Source: Bdellovibrionota bacterium (lineage in GTDB: Bacteria; Bdellovibrionota_C; UBA2361; OMII01). Taken from it: DNA of 64,000 bases. The position numbers and the translations under genes are program-made. Shown piece by piece: positions 18,577 through 28,825 of this stretch (the first letter of the stretch is position 1; each line of letters starts with the position of its first letter). The stretch is taken from contig JBBAUR010000009.1 of NCBI GenBank assembly GCA_040398075.1, forward strand, positions 7,702-71,701. Reading direction: 5' to 3'. The notes under the pieces were generated by a model, which was given only the letters and a program-made list of their open reading frames with translations, was not told where the DNA came from and did not search any database.

Positions 18577-19540
18577 TCACGTTGGAACGCGCAGCGACGA
18601 CGGTGCGAACCACCAGAACGACGGGGGCAGCGGGTTGCCACGCAGGGAGGAGAGGTTCGTCGCCGGCGGCACCGGCACCACCTTGACGCCGACCGCGTCG
18701 TCGATGGGCATGTCTGGGTGACTCTGCATCACCCGTCGCATGTCGATGCTGTCCACCAGGCCGACATCCGACCCGTCGCCCCAAGTAACTTGCTGTCCGA
18801 TCCTGATGTCTTCGTACGTCATGTTGGATATCTATCCTCCTTCAGCAGTCTTCCTCTTCGATCTTCTTCACGGGTGTTGGGACCTCCCACCCTTCGGGGT
18901 CAGGATCCTCTGGGTCCTGTGGCACCACATACATCTCAAAGAGGTCATTCATTGGATACCCTTGGTCGTGTGAACGATCCTCTCAATCATTCTCTTGGCC
19001 AATCGACCACCATCGGAGTCAGTGCCCTCCTTGATGAGGAGGGACAGGACTAGCGCCATCTCCTCGGAGGAGAGCTGGACGCCGTACGAGGCGGGACCGT
19101 AGACCTGTTCTTTCTTCACGACAACCTCCGCAGTTCAGCCAGGGGAACCGTCACCACCTTGCCGACAGACCAGACCTTCCCACACGGGGAGCGGATGTCC
19201 GACGTCAGCTTCAGACTCGCATACGTCACCACGTTGTCCATGTCGTCCTGTCCGTCGAACGTGGACACCACTCGACCTCGAGGGGCTCCCGAACCCCAGG
19301 TCACCTCGTCGCCCAGGAAGATGTTCATCGGTCGTACTCCGCATTGAAGGCGTGGTAGCAATCGGACAGCGGGAGGACGACGTCCTCGTTGTGGAGTCCG
19401 AAGCCGACGAGGTGCGTCTTACCCTCCACCTCGACCGACTCATAGACCTCGAACCACGTCTTGGTTGGGACGTGACGCACCCAGTTACCCGGCTCCCAGT
19501 CCGTACGATCGACCCTACGCAGCTTGGTGAAACGCGACAT
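18577..19540 (-). CDS. run of small hypothetical proteins (e.g. 18577-18822, 19325-19540)
   Basis: Short ORFs with SD sites; GQQVTWG and GDEVTWG SH3-like starts. Confidence 0.45.
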
Positions 19541-19587
19541 GGTAACGACCTCCTGATGTTCCTAACTTATCTCGATTAGAGGAAGCT

Positions 19588-20013
19588 TTACACCGGTGCG
19601 AAGCAACTGAAATCAAGCACCATATAGATGGTGTCCTTGATGAAGAAAGAGTGACGTTCGATCCTGATGGACTGGTTAGACACGTTTAGCTCGGTCACGC
19701 GCACCTTTCCAGTGTACACAGCAAGCTGTCCGACAGCAACAGTCGCGTCGAAGTGGTGGTAACTGAGGAAGAGGTATCGGTGCGGGTGCTGCTGATAGCC
19801 GTTCTCGACAGTGAAGGTGTCGATGATCATCGATGAAGTCGAACGCCACAGCGATCCCACGTTGAAGGCACCGTTGGCCTCCGCCTCCTCCACCATCGCC
19901 TTCATCGCAGGTGAAAGCGAGATGCCCGAGACGAAGGGGTGGGGACGCAGGGGACGGGCCCTGACGTGATCTGGCTCCTTCCACGTGACCTTTGACTTCA
20001 GCTTCGTCTTCAT
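19588..20013 (-). CDS. hypothetical protein, probably leaderless
   Basis: TGCAAA-N17-TAGGAT-N6-ATG. Confidence 0.6.
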   Translation of the reverse strand: MKTKLKSKVTWKEPDHVRARPLRPHPFVSGISLSPAMKAMVEEAEANGAFNVGSLWRSTSSMIIDTFTVENGYQQHPHRYLFLSYHHFDATVAVGQLAVYTGKVRVTELNVSNQSIRIERHSFFIKDTIYMVLDFSCFAPV

Positions 20014-20053
20014 GGGACCATCCTACACGGTTCGAATGTGGCTTTGCACCGCC

Positions 20054-20755
20054 TCAGTTCAGGCGTGATTCTGGCGAGACGTGCACTTGACACTTCGGGC
20101 ACATGCAGATGCGCTGACCCGTCCACGGCATGGAATCGTCCGTGGCCTCCACGCCGAAGACGGGTCCGTGATACTCCTGACCCCACAGGGAACGCCGACC
20201 AATCCAGGAGCGCCAGACTGGTAGCTCGACAGGGACCCACATATCCATGAGCATGATACACATGCCCGTATCGGCCACGGGTCCGTCGTTGAGGACAGGT
20301 CGCTCCACCGCCTGATGAAGCTTGCTGATGATCTCATCCTTGGTATACATGGAAACCTCCTGATGGCTAAAGGGTGGGGTTACTTGGGAGTTGCGAGGGC
20401 TTTTCTTCCCGTTCACCTGCAATTATTTTGCATTATTGCCCTCGTTGATCCGTTTAAGAGCAGGGATGACTAGGTTCCACCGAACGTGGTACGCCACGGC
20501 TCCCTTTCGAAACTTCTTCATCGAACGTGTGGGAAGCGGATTGCCGATGCCGATCTGCGAGACGTAAGTAGCCTTGAGCTTGTGCTTGTCGGCGGCGCGC
20601 CTCCACAGCTTCCTGAACTTGCGCTTCATCTTCCTCGCCTCCTCCGGAGGCAAGCTCTCCATGAGGCGGCCGTAGTCATGATTGATGTTGCCGATGGGAG
20701 CGATGCCCAGCTTCATGTACGTGTGTAGCATCAACAGGTCGTGCATCGGATCCAT
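20054..20755 (-). CDS. two hypothetical proteins (20054-20350, 20423-20755)
   Basis: GGAGG/GAGG SD sites. Confidence 0.55.
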
Positions 20756-20759
20756 GGTC

Positions 20760-21302
20760 TCACACCTCGTTGGGTTTCGCAGCCCACTTGACGTAGGAGC
20801 GCAGGCAGTCGACGCGGACTTCGTCGAAGTAGTCGCGAGTGACGGACAGGTTGAGTTTGGTTGCGATCTTCCAGCCACGATGCCACGCCTCTATCTCTTC
20901 TTCCAGGCAGGAGATCCTGTGCTTCATGCTTCGTTTCATGTGGGGACGAGTCTCTGGATAGCCTGCGAGGAAACGACCGTGACTGTCAGACGCGCCACAC
21001 AGGTGGTGGCCGCACTCGTGGAGGAGGACGGCAACCTGCTTCCTGGGCGAGAGACGTGACGAGATCCTGATGTGGTCGTCCCCCATGACGTAAACCCCGA
21101 GTTGTTCCGTCACGAATTCCACCGTCAACCCCTTCGACCTGCACCAGTCCAACAGCCTCCGCATGTCCTCGATGGCGACGGTCTCCAGGTACCACCGCTT
21201 CTCCAGGCGAGAGACGACTGGGTCGTCAGAGGCGCGACCTCGGGTCGCCCGAGTGAAGCGCGCCCACGCCCTGTTCCTCCACTTCTGTGGTTCGAACTCC
21301 AT
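20760..21302 (-). CDS. HExxH zinc metallopeptidase-like protein (ImmA/IrrE-like)
   Basis: VLLHECGHH ... EEIEAW. Confidence 0.7.
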   Translation of the reverse strand: MEFEPQKWRNRAWARFTRATRGRASDDPVVSRLEKRWYLETVAIEDMRRLLDWCRSKGLTVEFVTEQLGVYVMGDDHIRISSRLSPRKQVAVLLHECGHHLCGASDSHGRFLAGYPETRPHMKRSMKHRISCLEEEIEAWHRGWKIATKLNLSVTRDYFDEVRVDCLRSYVKWAAKPNEV

Positions 21303-21317
21303 GGGCGCGCCTCCCTC

Positions 21318-22421
21318 TCACTTCTTGCCCTTCTTGGTCGGCGCCTGCTGTAGGGCCTTGGCCGCTGCCGAGGCATCGACCCCGAAGACCTCCAGGACCG
21401 ACTCCACACACCACTTGTGGACCGACTTCACCAGCTCCAGGTTGTCGGTGCCAGCGCCCTGGGTCACCTTGGACCAGGCTGCCACGCGGAGCTCGCCGGG
21501 CATGTCCTTCATGAAGGCCTGCAGGTTCTTGCCCTGGGCGTCGTCGAGGACCTTGCCCTGCTTCACCAGGAAGTCGGTCACCTTCTCCACGAGGATGTTC
21601 TGCTTCTCCTGGCCCAGCTTCTCCACGCGCTTCTTGATCTTCGCGTAGTCGCGGAGGACCTCCTCGCCGGACACCTGGTCCTCGATGGTCTTCGCGAAGG
21701 AGTGGAAGGCGATGGTGGCCTCCGTGCCGACGTAGCCGAGGCACATGGGGTAGAAGAGCTCGTCCTTGGGGTCGTCAGCGATGCCGGAGCCGATGAGGGC
21801 AGTGCTGAGGCGTTCCCAGCTGCGCCGCGACGGCGACACCTTGCCGGGCTCCGCGTCCTTGGGACAGTCGAGCCAACGCTCGTTCGTGGCGATGAACTCC
21901 ACCACCGTGGAGTGGACGCCGCCGTCGCGGGCCCAGGTCACCCAGTCCTCCACCGTCGGGGTGAGATCGATCGTCCAGAAGCGGTCCAGGAGCGCGGGGT
22001 CCATCTCGTTGACCGTGTAGGCCGCTGAGGCGTTGATGGCGGCGAAGACCCGGGCCTGGGGGTGAAGCCGCCACCCGTTGAGCTCGCGGTCCAGGACGAT
22101 CTGGAAGGCCGCTTGCATCACCTCCGGGGTGGCGCGGTTGATCTCGTCGAGGAAGAGGCAGGTGGGCTTGTCGCAGGCCGCCTTGAACCAGTCCGGCGGG
22201 TTGAAGCGGGTCACCTCGCCGTCCGTCGACGGCAGACCCACCATGTCGCCCTCCGTCATCTGCGAGAGGCGGCGGTCGGTGACGGGCAGCTTGAAGTGCT
22301 GCGCCACCTTACGCACCACCTGGCTTTTGCCGATGCCGTGTGGGCCGCGGAGGAGGACGGACGTCTCCACGGGCAGGCGGGCAGAGACGTTGATGAAGGT
22401 CTTGATGGACATGGTCGTCAT
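21318..22421 (-). CDS. MoxR-like AAA+ ATPase
   Basis: LLRGPHGIGKS, GDMVGLP, LFLDEINRA, MDPALLDRF, SRRSWER. Confidence 0.9.
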   Translation of the reverse strand: MTTMSIKTFINVSARLPVETSVLLRGPHGIGKSQVVRKVAQHFKLPVTDRRLSQMTEGDMVGLPSTDGEVTRFNPPDWFKAACDKPTCLFLDEINRATPEVMQAAFQIVLDRELNGWRLHPQARVFAAINASAAYTVNEMDPALLDRFWTIDLTPTVEDWVTWARDGGVHSTVVEFIATNERWLDCPKDAEPGKVSPSRRSWERLSTALIGSGIADDPKDELFYPMCLGYVGTEATIAFHSFAKTIEDQVSGEEVLRDYAKIKKRVEKLGQEKQNILVEKVTDFLVKQGKVLDDAQGKNLQAFMKDMPGELRVAAWSKVTQGAGTDNLELVKSVHKWCVESVLEVFGVDASAAAKALQQAPTKKGKK

Positions 22422-22481
22422 GCTGGGTTCTCCGTTGCGAGGTGTGAGTCCACTCTATCCTAAAGAGACGGGGCTTTGCAC

Positions 22482-23303
22482 TCAGTCGACCTCTTTGACG
22501 AGGACGCGGAATCGCTTGCCGTCGGCTTCGACGACGAAGGCATACGGGTTGGTGGCGTCAGGGCGGATGGCGAAGCTCTCCAGGTGCTGCGGGCACTCGT
22601 CGCCCTCCCTGTTCGAGACGAGGCCGCGGATGAACTCTGACACGATCTTACGGATGTTCTTGTTAGCCATGGTGTCCTCCTGTTCTGCTTTCGTGATCAA
22701 ACCAACGAGAGACCGTCTGCGTAGAGCTTCTCCACCTCAGGACCGAGGAGCTGGTACGCCGTGCGCCAGTCGCGGTGGGCCGTGCTGCAGGCCACGACGC
22801 CGTCGACGAGGAGCGCTGCCCAGAACGTCTCACCCGACGTCCACCCCTTGCTGGTGCGCATCTGCACGCGCTTGGAGACCTTGCGACCGACCACCTTGAG
22901 GTCGTGACCGTGGCCGAAGAGCTCGCGAAACTTCTTGACTGCGACGTCCTTGGGATAGGGCTTCATCTTCGTTTCCTTTCGCCGATTGACAGGATCATCC
23001 TACCACGGTCGGTGGCGGCTTTGCACCGCACAAGCTTCACGTCTGATCTAGTGCCGAAAGGCCATCGAAGGCGATCGCCGTGGCCATCTCGGGGTCCATG
23101 CCGGCGTCCACCAGGGCGTCAGCGATGTGACGCGGGTACTTCAGCGCCGGGGCGAGGACCTGGGCGTACTTCGCCTCGAAGCCGGGTCGGTCGATGAGCC
23201 GACCTTCGCCGTCGAAGAACTTGGAGAGGGCCTCGGACACCAACACGATGACTTCGTCCATGGTTCCACCTACGGGTCGTTCTGGAAGGGTATAGGAGCT
23301 CAT
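22482..23303 (-). CDS. three small hypothetical proteins (22482-~22671, 22697-22966, 23037-23303)
   Basis: ORFs behind TGCAAA promoters. Confidence 0.5.
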
Positions 23304-23650
23304 TGGTATTCGTGGGCCTTTCCGCTGAGGAGGTCGTACGTCGTCCAGGCTGTGCCGTCGAAGACGTGGACATACTCAAAGTTGGTGTCTTTGATCGCTT
23401 CGATCGAAGTGAAGACGAAGGGCAGGGACATCTCTTCCTTCCTGTCGCGGCAGTAGGCGATCGTGTCGTTGAGCTCAGGCCCAAGCATCGAGATGTCGCC
23501 TAGAGCGAGCAGGGAGTCGACCTTGGCCGGATCGCTGTAGTTGTCGATCAACTTGCGGCCGACGCCGTCGGGATATCCGTCCCAGTGACAATAGATCCCG
23601 GTCAGGTTCCCGTCGTTGGAGCACTTCAGGATGAGAGAGCGTGTTGCCAT
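23300..23650 (-). CDS. hypothetical protein (IYCHWDGYP family), leaderless
   Basis: IYCHWDGYP..VG..L motif; TATAAC-N6-ATG. Confidence 0.7.
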   Translation of the reverse strand: MATRSLILKCSNDGNLTGIYCHWDGYPDGVGRKLIDNYSDPAKVDSLLALGDISMLGPELNDTIAYCRDRKEEMSLPFVFTSIEAIKDTNFEYVHVFDGTAWTTYDLLSGKAHEYQ

Positions 23651-23827
23651 GGTTCAGTTATACCTTGTTGAGAGGGAGGTTTGCATCGAATCGGTGAACA
23701 ATCTTCGCGCCCCACGCCCGGGCGTACCAGCGAACGCCGTTGGAACCTTCGACATAGAGTTGGTGGATGATGTCGCGGTCGTCCACCTCGAGGACGAGGT
23801 CCACGGTGATCTGATCTAAGAGCTGCT

Positions 23828-24118
23828 TCAGCAGACCATTCGAAGACCATTCGAGTCCCCGCTCTCACCGTTTTCCAGGAAACGCTCGACGGCGCTCTCG
23901 GGAAACCGAGCGACCACCTTGCCCTTGGCGACAAAGCTGTAGGTGTCCTCACCGCCATAAGGAGCTGCCAGACGGAGCGTGTATACCGTGCCGTCCTTCA
24001 ACCCCTTCGCAAAGACGCCCATGGCCTTCACCTTGAGGCCGTCCTGCACCTTGACCTTAGCGGTCTTCACGGGGACGTAGTTCGGGACCATGCCGCCGAC
24101 CTGGATCTTGTTCTTCAT
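23828..24118 (-). CDS. hypothetical protein (MKNKIQVG)
   Basis: Leaderless start after the promoter repeat. Confidence 0.6.
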   Translation of the reverse strand: MKNKIQVGGMVPNYVPVKTAKVKVQDGLKVKAMGVFAKGLKDGTVYTLRLAAPYGGEDTYSFVAKGKVVARFPESAVERFLENGESGDSNGLRMVC

Positions 24119-24177
24119 GGTTCAGTTATACCTTATTGAGAGGGAGGTTTGCACTCAGGCGATCTGAATGTTCGACG

Positions 24178-24405
24178 TCATCCTGCCGCCTCTTCGGCCT
24201 TGCGACGGTTATCGATGGCGTGAAGAAGCGGAGAGATCTTCGCGATCGCCTTGGTGAGCGCGGCGACCTCCTGGGCCTCTGCGAAAAATTCCTCGTTATC
24301 GTAAGTCGCGACTACGTAGTCCCAACCACCCAGGTCATCTGCGCGGGCGGCGTACTTACGCAGGGCGGAGGCGATCTCTTTCAGCGACATTTCGGTGTTC
24401 TTCAT
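24178..24405 (-). CDS. hypothetical protein, paralog of 24666-24887
   Basis: EIASALRK...GWDYVV...KISPLL. Confidence 0.7.
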   Translation of the reverse strand: MKNTEMSLKEIASALRKYAARADDLGGWDYVVATYDNEEFFAEAQEVAALTKAIAKISPLLHAIDNRRKAEEAAG

Positions 24406-24444
24406 GGTCTCAGTATACCTTGCTGAGAGGGAGGTTTGCACAGG

Positions 24445-24621
24445 TCAGCAAACAATCTGCGTGCCCTGTGATCGGGCCCACCAACGAACGCCGTTGGAAC
24501 CTTCGACATAGAGTTGGTGGATGGGACGGTCGTGCACCTCGAGCACGTAGAACTTGCCCCGGCCGAGGCCGTTCTCGGGAGCGAGGGTAACCTTGTCGCC
24601 GACTTGGATCTTGCTCTTCAT
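24445..24621 (-). CDS. 58-aa SH3-like protein (MKSKIQVGDKV...), not in the supplied ORF track
   Basis: Translated by hand; leaderless start after the promoter repeat. Confidence 0.6.
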   Translation of the reverse strand: MKSKIQVGDKVTLAPENGLGRGKFYVLEVHDRPIHQLYVEGSNGVRWWARSQGTQIVC

Positions 24622-24665
24622 GATTTAGTTATACCTTGTTGAGAGGGAGGTTTGCACTGGTCTTG

Positions 24666-24887
24666 TCACCACCTCGTCGCTTCGATGTCCTTGCGACGAC
24701 CGTCGAGGGCGCGGAGGAGCGGGGAGATCTTCTTGATGGCCTCCTCGAGTGTGGTGGCACCCTTGATCTCCTCGAGGAGCTCCTGATCGTCGAAGGTCTC
24801 GACGACATAGTCCCAGCCGTCCGACTCGTAGTTCTCGGTGGCGTGCTTGCGCAGGGCGGTGGCGATCTCGTTCAGCGTCGTTTCCAT
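24666..24887 (-). CDS. hypothetical protein, paralog of 24178-24405
   Basis: EIATALRK...GWDYVV...KISPLL; GGAGG SD. Confidence 0.7.
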   Translation of the reverse strand: METTLNEIATALRKHATENYESDGWDYVVETFDDQELLEEIKGATTLEEAIKKISPLLRALDGRRKDIEATRW

Positions 24888-24905
24888 GATCCAACCTCCT
24901 TCGTG

Positions 24906-25661
24906 TCACTTCGTCCAGCGTGAAGCGTCGATCCAGCGAACCTCGCCCTTCGCGTCCTTGACGCCGGCGCGGGCGTTCCACTTGCCGTAGTACTTGGAGA
25001 CCCCGGTCCAGAAGACCTTCCCGGTGAAGCCGTCCACCGTGACGGTGGTGCCCTTGGCGGGGATGTGGGCCAGCAGCGCGCGGGCCTCGGCCTCGGCGGC
25101 GGCGAGCTTCGCAGTCTTCGCGGCGGCCCGCTTCGCACGATCGGCCTCGGCCTTCGCCTTCGCAGCGGCGGCCTCCTCGGCGGCGGCGCGGCGCTTCGCC
25201 TCGAGGGCGGCCTGGTAGGAGCGCCAGGCGATGAGGTTCATCCACATCTCCGGCTCCCCGACGTAGTGGGCCGGGTCGGCGTCGACGGTCGGCTCGACGC
25301 GGTAGCCGTTGCGATCGGAACAGATGTTGGTGCAGTCGATCCAGGCGAACTGCTCGTGGAACGCCAGGTCACGAGTGTCGCGCTCGATTCCCCACGCGCT
25401 GTTCTCCAGGAAGGCAATGGGCATGTCGCCGTCGGTGCGAGCCGGAACGTTGCGGGTCCCGAGCCACACCAGGGCGTAGGTGCACTCCGTGCGGCGCCAG
25501 TCGCTGTAGTCCATCGTGTCGGAGTGGTTGCGATCGGCGAGGAACTTCTTGACCTCGATGACGCGGCCGACGAAGTGCGCCTCCGGGGCGCGGTGCTCAC
25601 GCGCCGGCTCGGCAGCGGCGGTGTAGTAGGTGTGCGGGAAGTAGGTCTTCGTGATCGGCAT
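24906..25661 (-). CDS. hypothetical protein with Ala-rich coil and C-terminal SH3-like domain
   Basis: KGTTVTV..GKVFW.G...ARAGVKD..GEVRW. Confidence 0.7.
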   Translation of the reverse strand: MPITKTYFPHTYYTAAAEPAREHRAPEAHFVGRVIEVKKFLADRNHSDTMDYSDWRRTECTYALVWLGTRNVPARTDGDMPIAFLENSAWGIERDTRDLAFHEQFAWIDCTNICSDRNGYRVEPTVDADPAHYVGEPEMWMNLIAWRSYQAALEAKRRAAAEEAAAAKAKAEADRAKRAAAKTAKLAAAEAEARALLAHIPAKGTTVTVDGFTGKVFWTGVSKYYGKWNARAGVKDAKGEVRWIDASRWTK

Positions 25662-25747
25662 GTTCCTCGTCCTTTCGATGATTACATCCTACCAGGATCC
25701 CCGGTGACTTTGCACCGAGGACCCGCTTTTTTTCGCGGGCGATCTCC

Positions 25748-26185
25748 TCAGATCTTCACCTTGTCGAAGGTGTAGAACTGGCGGAAGGTCATCCCGAACT
25801 CCTTCAGCATCTCGTAGTTGCGGAGGAGGCAGTACGCCTGGCTCGGCGTCAGGAACTCCCGCGCACCGTTGTGGTAGTTGACGACGATGGTCTCCTCGTC
25901 GACGTTGAGCGCGCCCAGTTGGTGGGTCGCGCGAAGGGCCTTGACGAGGTCGCCGTTGGTGTAACCGTTGATCATGACGTTACCTTATCCCTTTCTTCAG
26001 TGACTTTGCACCGTTCAACGCTTTTCGTTACGCTTCCAGTCAGCCTTCGCGAGCGCAATCGCCTCGGCGCGAGTGTCGGCCTCACCGTGACCGAGCTGCT
26101 CGAGCCCGCACCACACGTTGGCGTAGTACTTGGAGTTGTAGCTACCCTGCCGGCACGACACGCGGATTTTCTTGGAGTTATTCAT
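25748..26185 (-). CDS. two small hypothetical proteins (25748-25975, 26015-26185)
   Basis: Each has its own TGCAAA promoter. Confidence 0.55.
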
Positions 26186-26236
26186 CGTTTCCACCTTACA
26201 GAACCACTCTACCAGGTTCGTTCGAGACTTTGCACC

Positions 26237-26670
26237 AAAATCCTTATTGAAAGCGCTTTTCGACCGTGGTTTAACCAATTGACTGGTTTAACCACCGTCA
26301 ATTGGTTTAACCATTACGACGTTCTCTTTTAAGACACTTTCCGGGTCGGTCCTTAGGTAACCCCATCCCGGGTCCAAAACGGTCTTTAAAGAGAACGTGG
26401 ATAAACCAATGACCCAGAATGGCCCTACGCGGGGGCGTACGGGGAGGGATCCTGTGAACGTTTGGTTACACTGTGAACGGTTGATTACTGTGAACGGTCG
26501 TTCATATAAACTATTGATTACAGTAATCAACCGTTCACAGTGTGAACTCTATGATACACTGTAACCGAAAGTTCATAGTGTTAACTATTGATTACAGTAA
26601 CCGAAAGTTCATATGAACTTTCATTCACAGTTCGATCCTTATTGAAAAGCACTTTCAATAAGGATTTCGG
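26237..26670. other. AT-rich non-coding divergence point with dense inverted and direct repeats (origin- or terminus-like)
   Basis: 24-bp perfect IR 26468-26491/26520-26543; 20-bp palindrome 26603-26622; 13-bp IR 26635-26665; three TGGTTTAACCA; gene strand switch. Confidence 0.7.
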
Positions 26671-26743
26671 TGAAAAGTTACGTTTCGATGGGGTAAGATG
26701 GGTCTGTAAGGTGGCGGTGACGGTCGACGAAAGGAGTCTACGT

Positions 26744-28700
26744 ATGAGAGATCACAGGCTGGTGTACGACTTCGGGACTCACGAGTTCACGGACAACGAG
26801 CTCCCGTACCCTCCGTCAGAGGTGACGCGGCTGGGTCTCCCCCTCTACGAGGGTGCGAAGGAGTACGCGGTGGCCTACGGGGACCTCATCGCGATCGACG
26901 CGGCGGGGGCCGAGAAGGCCTACTACGACGGCTTCACGAACGCGTGGTTCCCCCTCCGCTGAGGGAATTTCGCGGCGCGGTGCAAAGTCTCGAACGAACC
27001 TGGTAGAGTGATTCCTGGAGGTAACGAAGATGATCGCAAACCTGAACGTGATGGCTACGTACGACGAGTTCACGGCGGTGATGAACGACATGTCGGTGGA
27101 GGACGAGACTCTCATCGAGAAGGCCTACGACGAGTACCGCGCGTTCCAGCGTGGCGCCGACGAGGAGCGTGGTGAGGGGAACGTGGGGACCAGCATCGAG
27201 GTGACCTGGAAGAAGCCTTGGATCGTCCCCACGATCGAGATGGTCTCCTACGAGATCGAGTTAGGGGTGGGACGGGGTGGGGGCCGAAAGGCCCCCGTGC
27301 CCGAGAACCGTCCACCTCACGGCGCGAGCTTCGTGTTCGAATCGTGAGGTGGACGGTTCGCCGCCCGGTGCAAAGTCACGAACAAAAGTGGTAGAGTGTC
27401 TTCAGGAGATGACGAAGATGAACACGACGAGCCCCATCGCACGATTTCCCCAGGCCCACAAACTCCCCCTGCGCGTACGCAACCGCCTCATCGGTGAGGT
27501 GGTCGACTCCCTGCAGACCTCCAACGCGGCGGTGGAGAAGGCCATCAGGATCCTCTTCGAGCGCCAGACCTACGCCGAGCGTCAGGCGAACGCGACCCTG
27601 GAGAACAACAGTCTCGGGGTGCGACACAACCACGGTCACCGCGTGGCCTACTACGGGCGCTGGTTGGCCTCCGGACGCAAGCTCACCGGGTGGCACCTGG
27701 ATCGGGCTCGTGAGCTGGCGATGACGTACTCTCGCACCCAGCTGATGGAGCTGGCGGCCCTCAAGGCCGGCCTGATCTGAAGCGCACGCATACCTCACGG
27801 AGGCAACTATGAAAAGAAAGTCCACAGTAAAAACGATTGAGACCCCCGTCGAGGATCTCATCATCAACGTCGTAAGCGAGCCCGCGATGCGAGATCCCAT
27901 GGGCCGCAACCTACCTGAGGTGCACAAGGCGTCCCTGCGCACCACAATCCCAAACGCGACCAAGGTGATCGCAAACGCATTCACGACGAGTGACCCCGAC
28001 GAATTCTATCTCGACCTCGCCGGCCTCGGAAGCACAATGAAGGGTGCGATCGCCAAGCTGGGCGCACAGATCAAAGGCGGCGTCGCGCGCGCAGAGGAAG
28101 AGCTAGCTCGCATCGAGGGAAAGAGGACGCTGAGCCCGAACGACGATCGCCGAATGGCGATGTTGGAACAGCGCCTTCAACTGTTGCACGACTACCTGTA
28201 CGCAATCGGCAGAATGTGACTCTCCTTGAGAGTGGTTTAACCACTTCCCAACGAAAAGATTCGAACCCGGTGCAAAGCCGCCGGGCAACCTGGTAGGATG
28301 GTCTCAAGAGGTGAACGTGATGAACAAGCTCAACGACAAGAACGCGACCGTGAAGATGTACACCGACGCCGCCGCGGCCCTCGCCGACTTCGACCTCCAG
28401 GCCCGCCTGGACCGCGCGATGCGCAAGGCCGGCATCACCACCGCGGTGACCCTCCGTCCAGGCACCCTCACCATGTCCTACGACGACGCGGAGGGCATCG
28501 AGATCGACTGCGCGGACTACGCCGTCCAGAATCGAGCGGCCATCTGGGTGCAGAAGGCCCTCGCGACGGCCGGCGTCCGTCTCACCCGCACCGGTGGGTC
28601 GTGGGGGCGTCTCCCGCAGGCCGTCGGCCCCACCTTCGTGAGCTGGGCCGACGGCGAGAGGGTCGTCGTCGTGACCAGCATGTGCTCCATCGGGGAGTGA
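26744..28700 (+). CDS. five small hypothetical early proteins (26744-26962, 27030-27347, 27409-27780, 27809-28219, 28320-28700)
   Basis: SD sites; TG(C/A)AAA promoters at 26671, 26981, 27369 and 28271. Confidence 0.6.
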
Positions 28701-28825
28701 CCCGCGGGAGTGGTTTAACCACTCCCTCCGAGAAAGATTCGAGTCCGGTGCAAAGTCGGTGAGGAACCTGGTATGATGGTTCTGTAAGGTGGCCCGATGG
28801 ACGGGCCCCGAGAGGAGAGCGCGTC

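Larger units (their letters stand above)
23648..24657 (-). repeat. four near-identical ~39-bp promoter-to-ATG direct repeats
   Basis: (G)TGCAAACCTCCCTCTCA(A/G)(C/T)AAGGTATA...ATG at ~23648-23686, 24116-24154, 24403-24441, 24619-24657. Confidence 0.9.
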
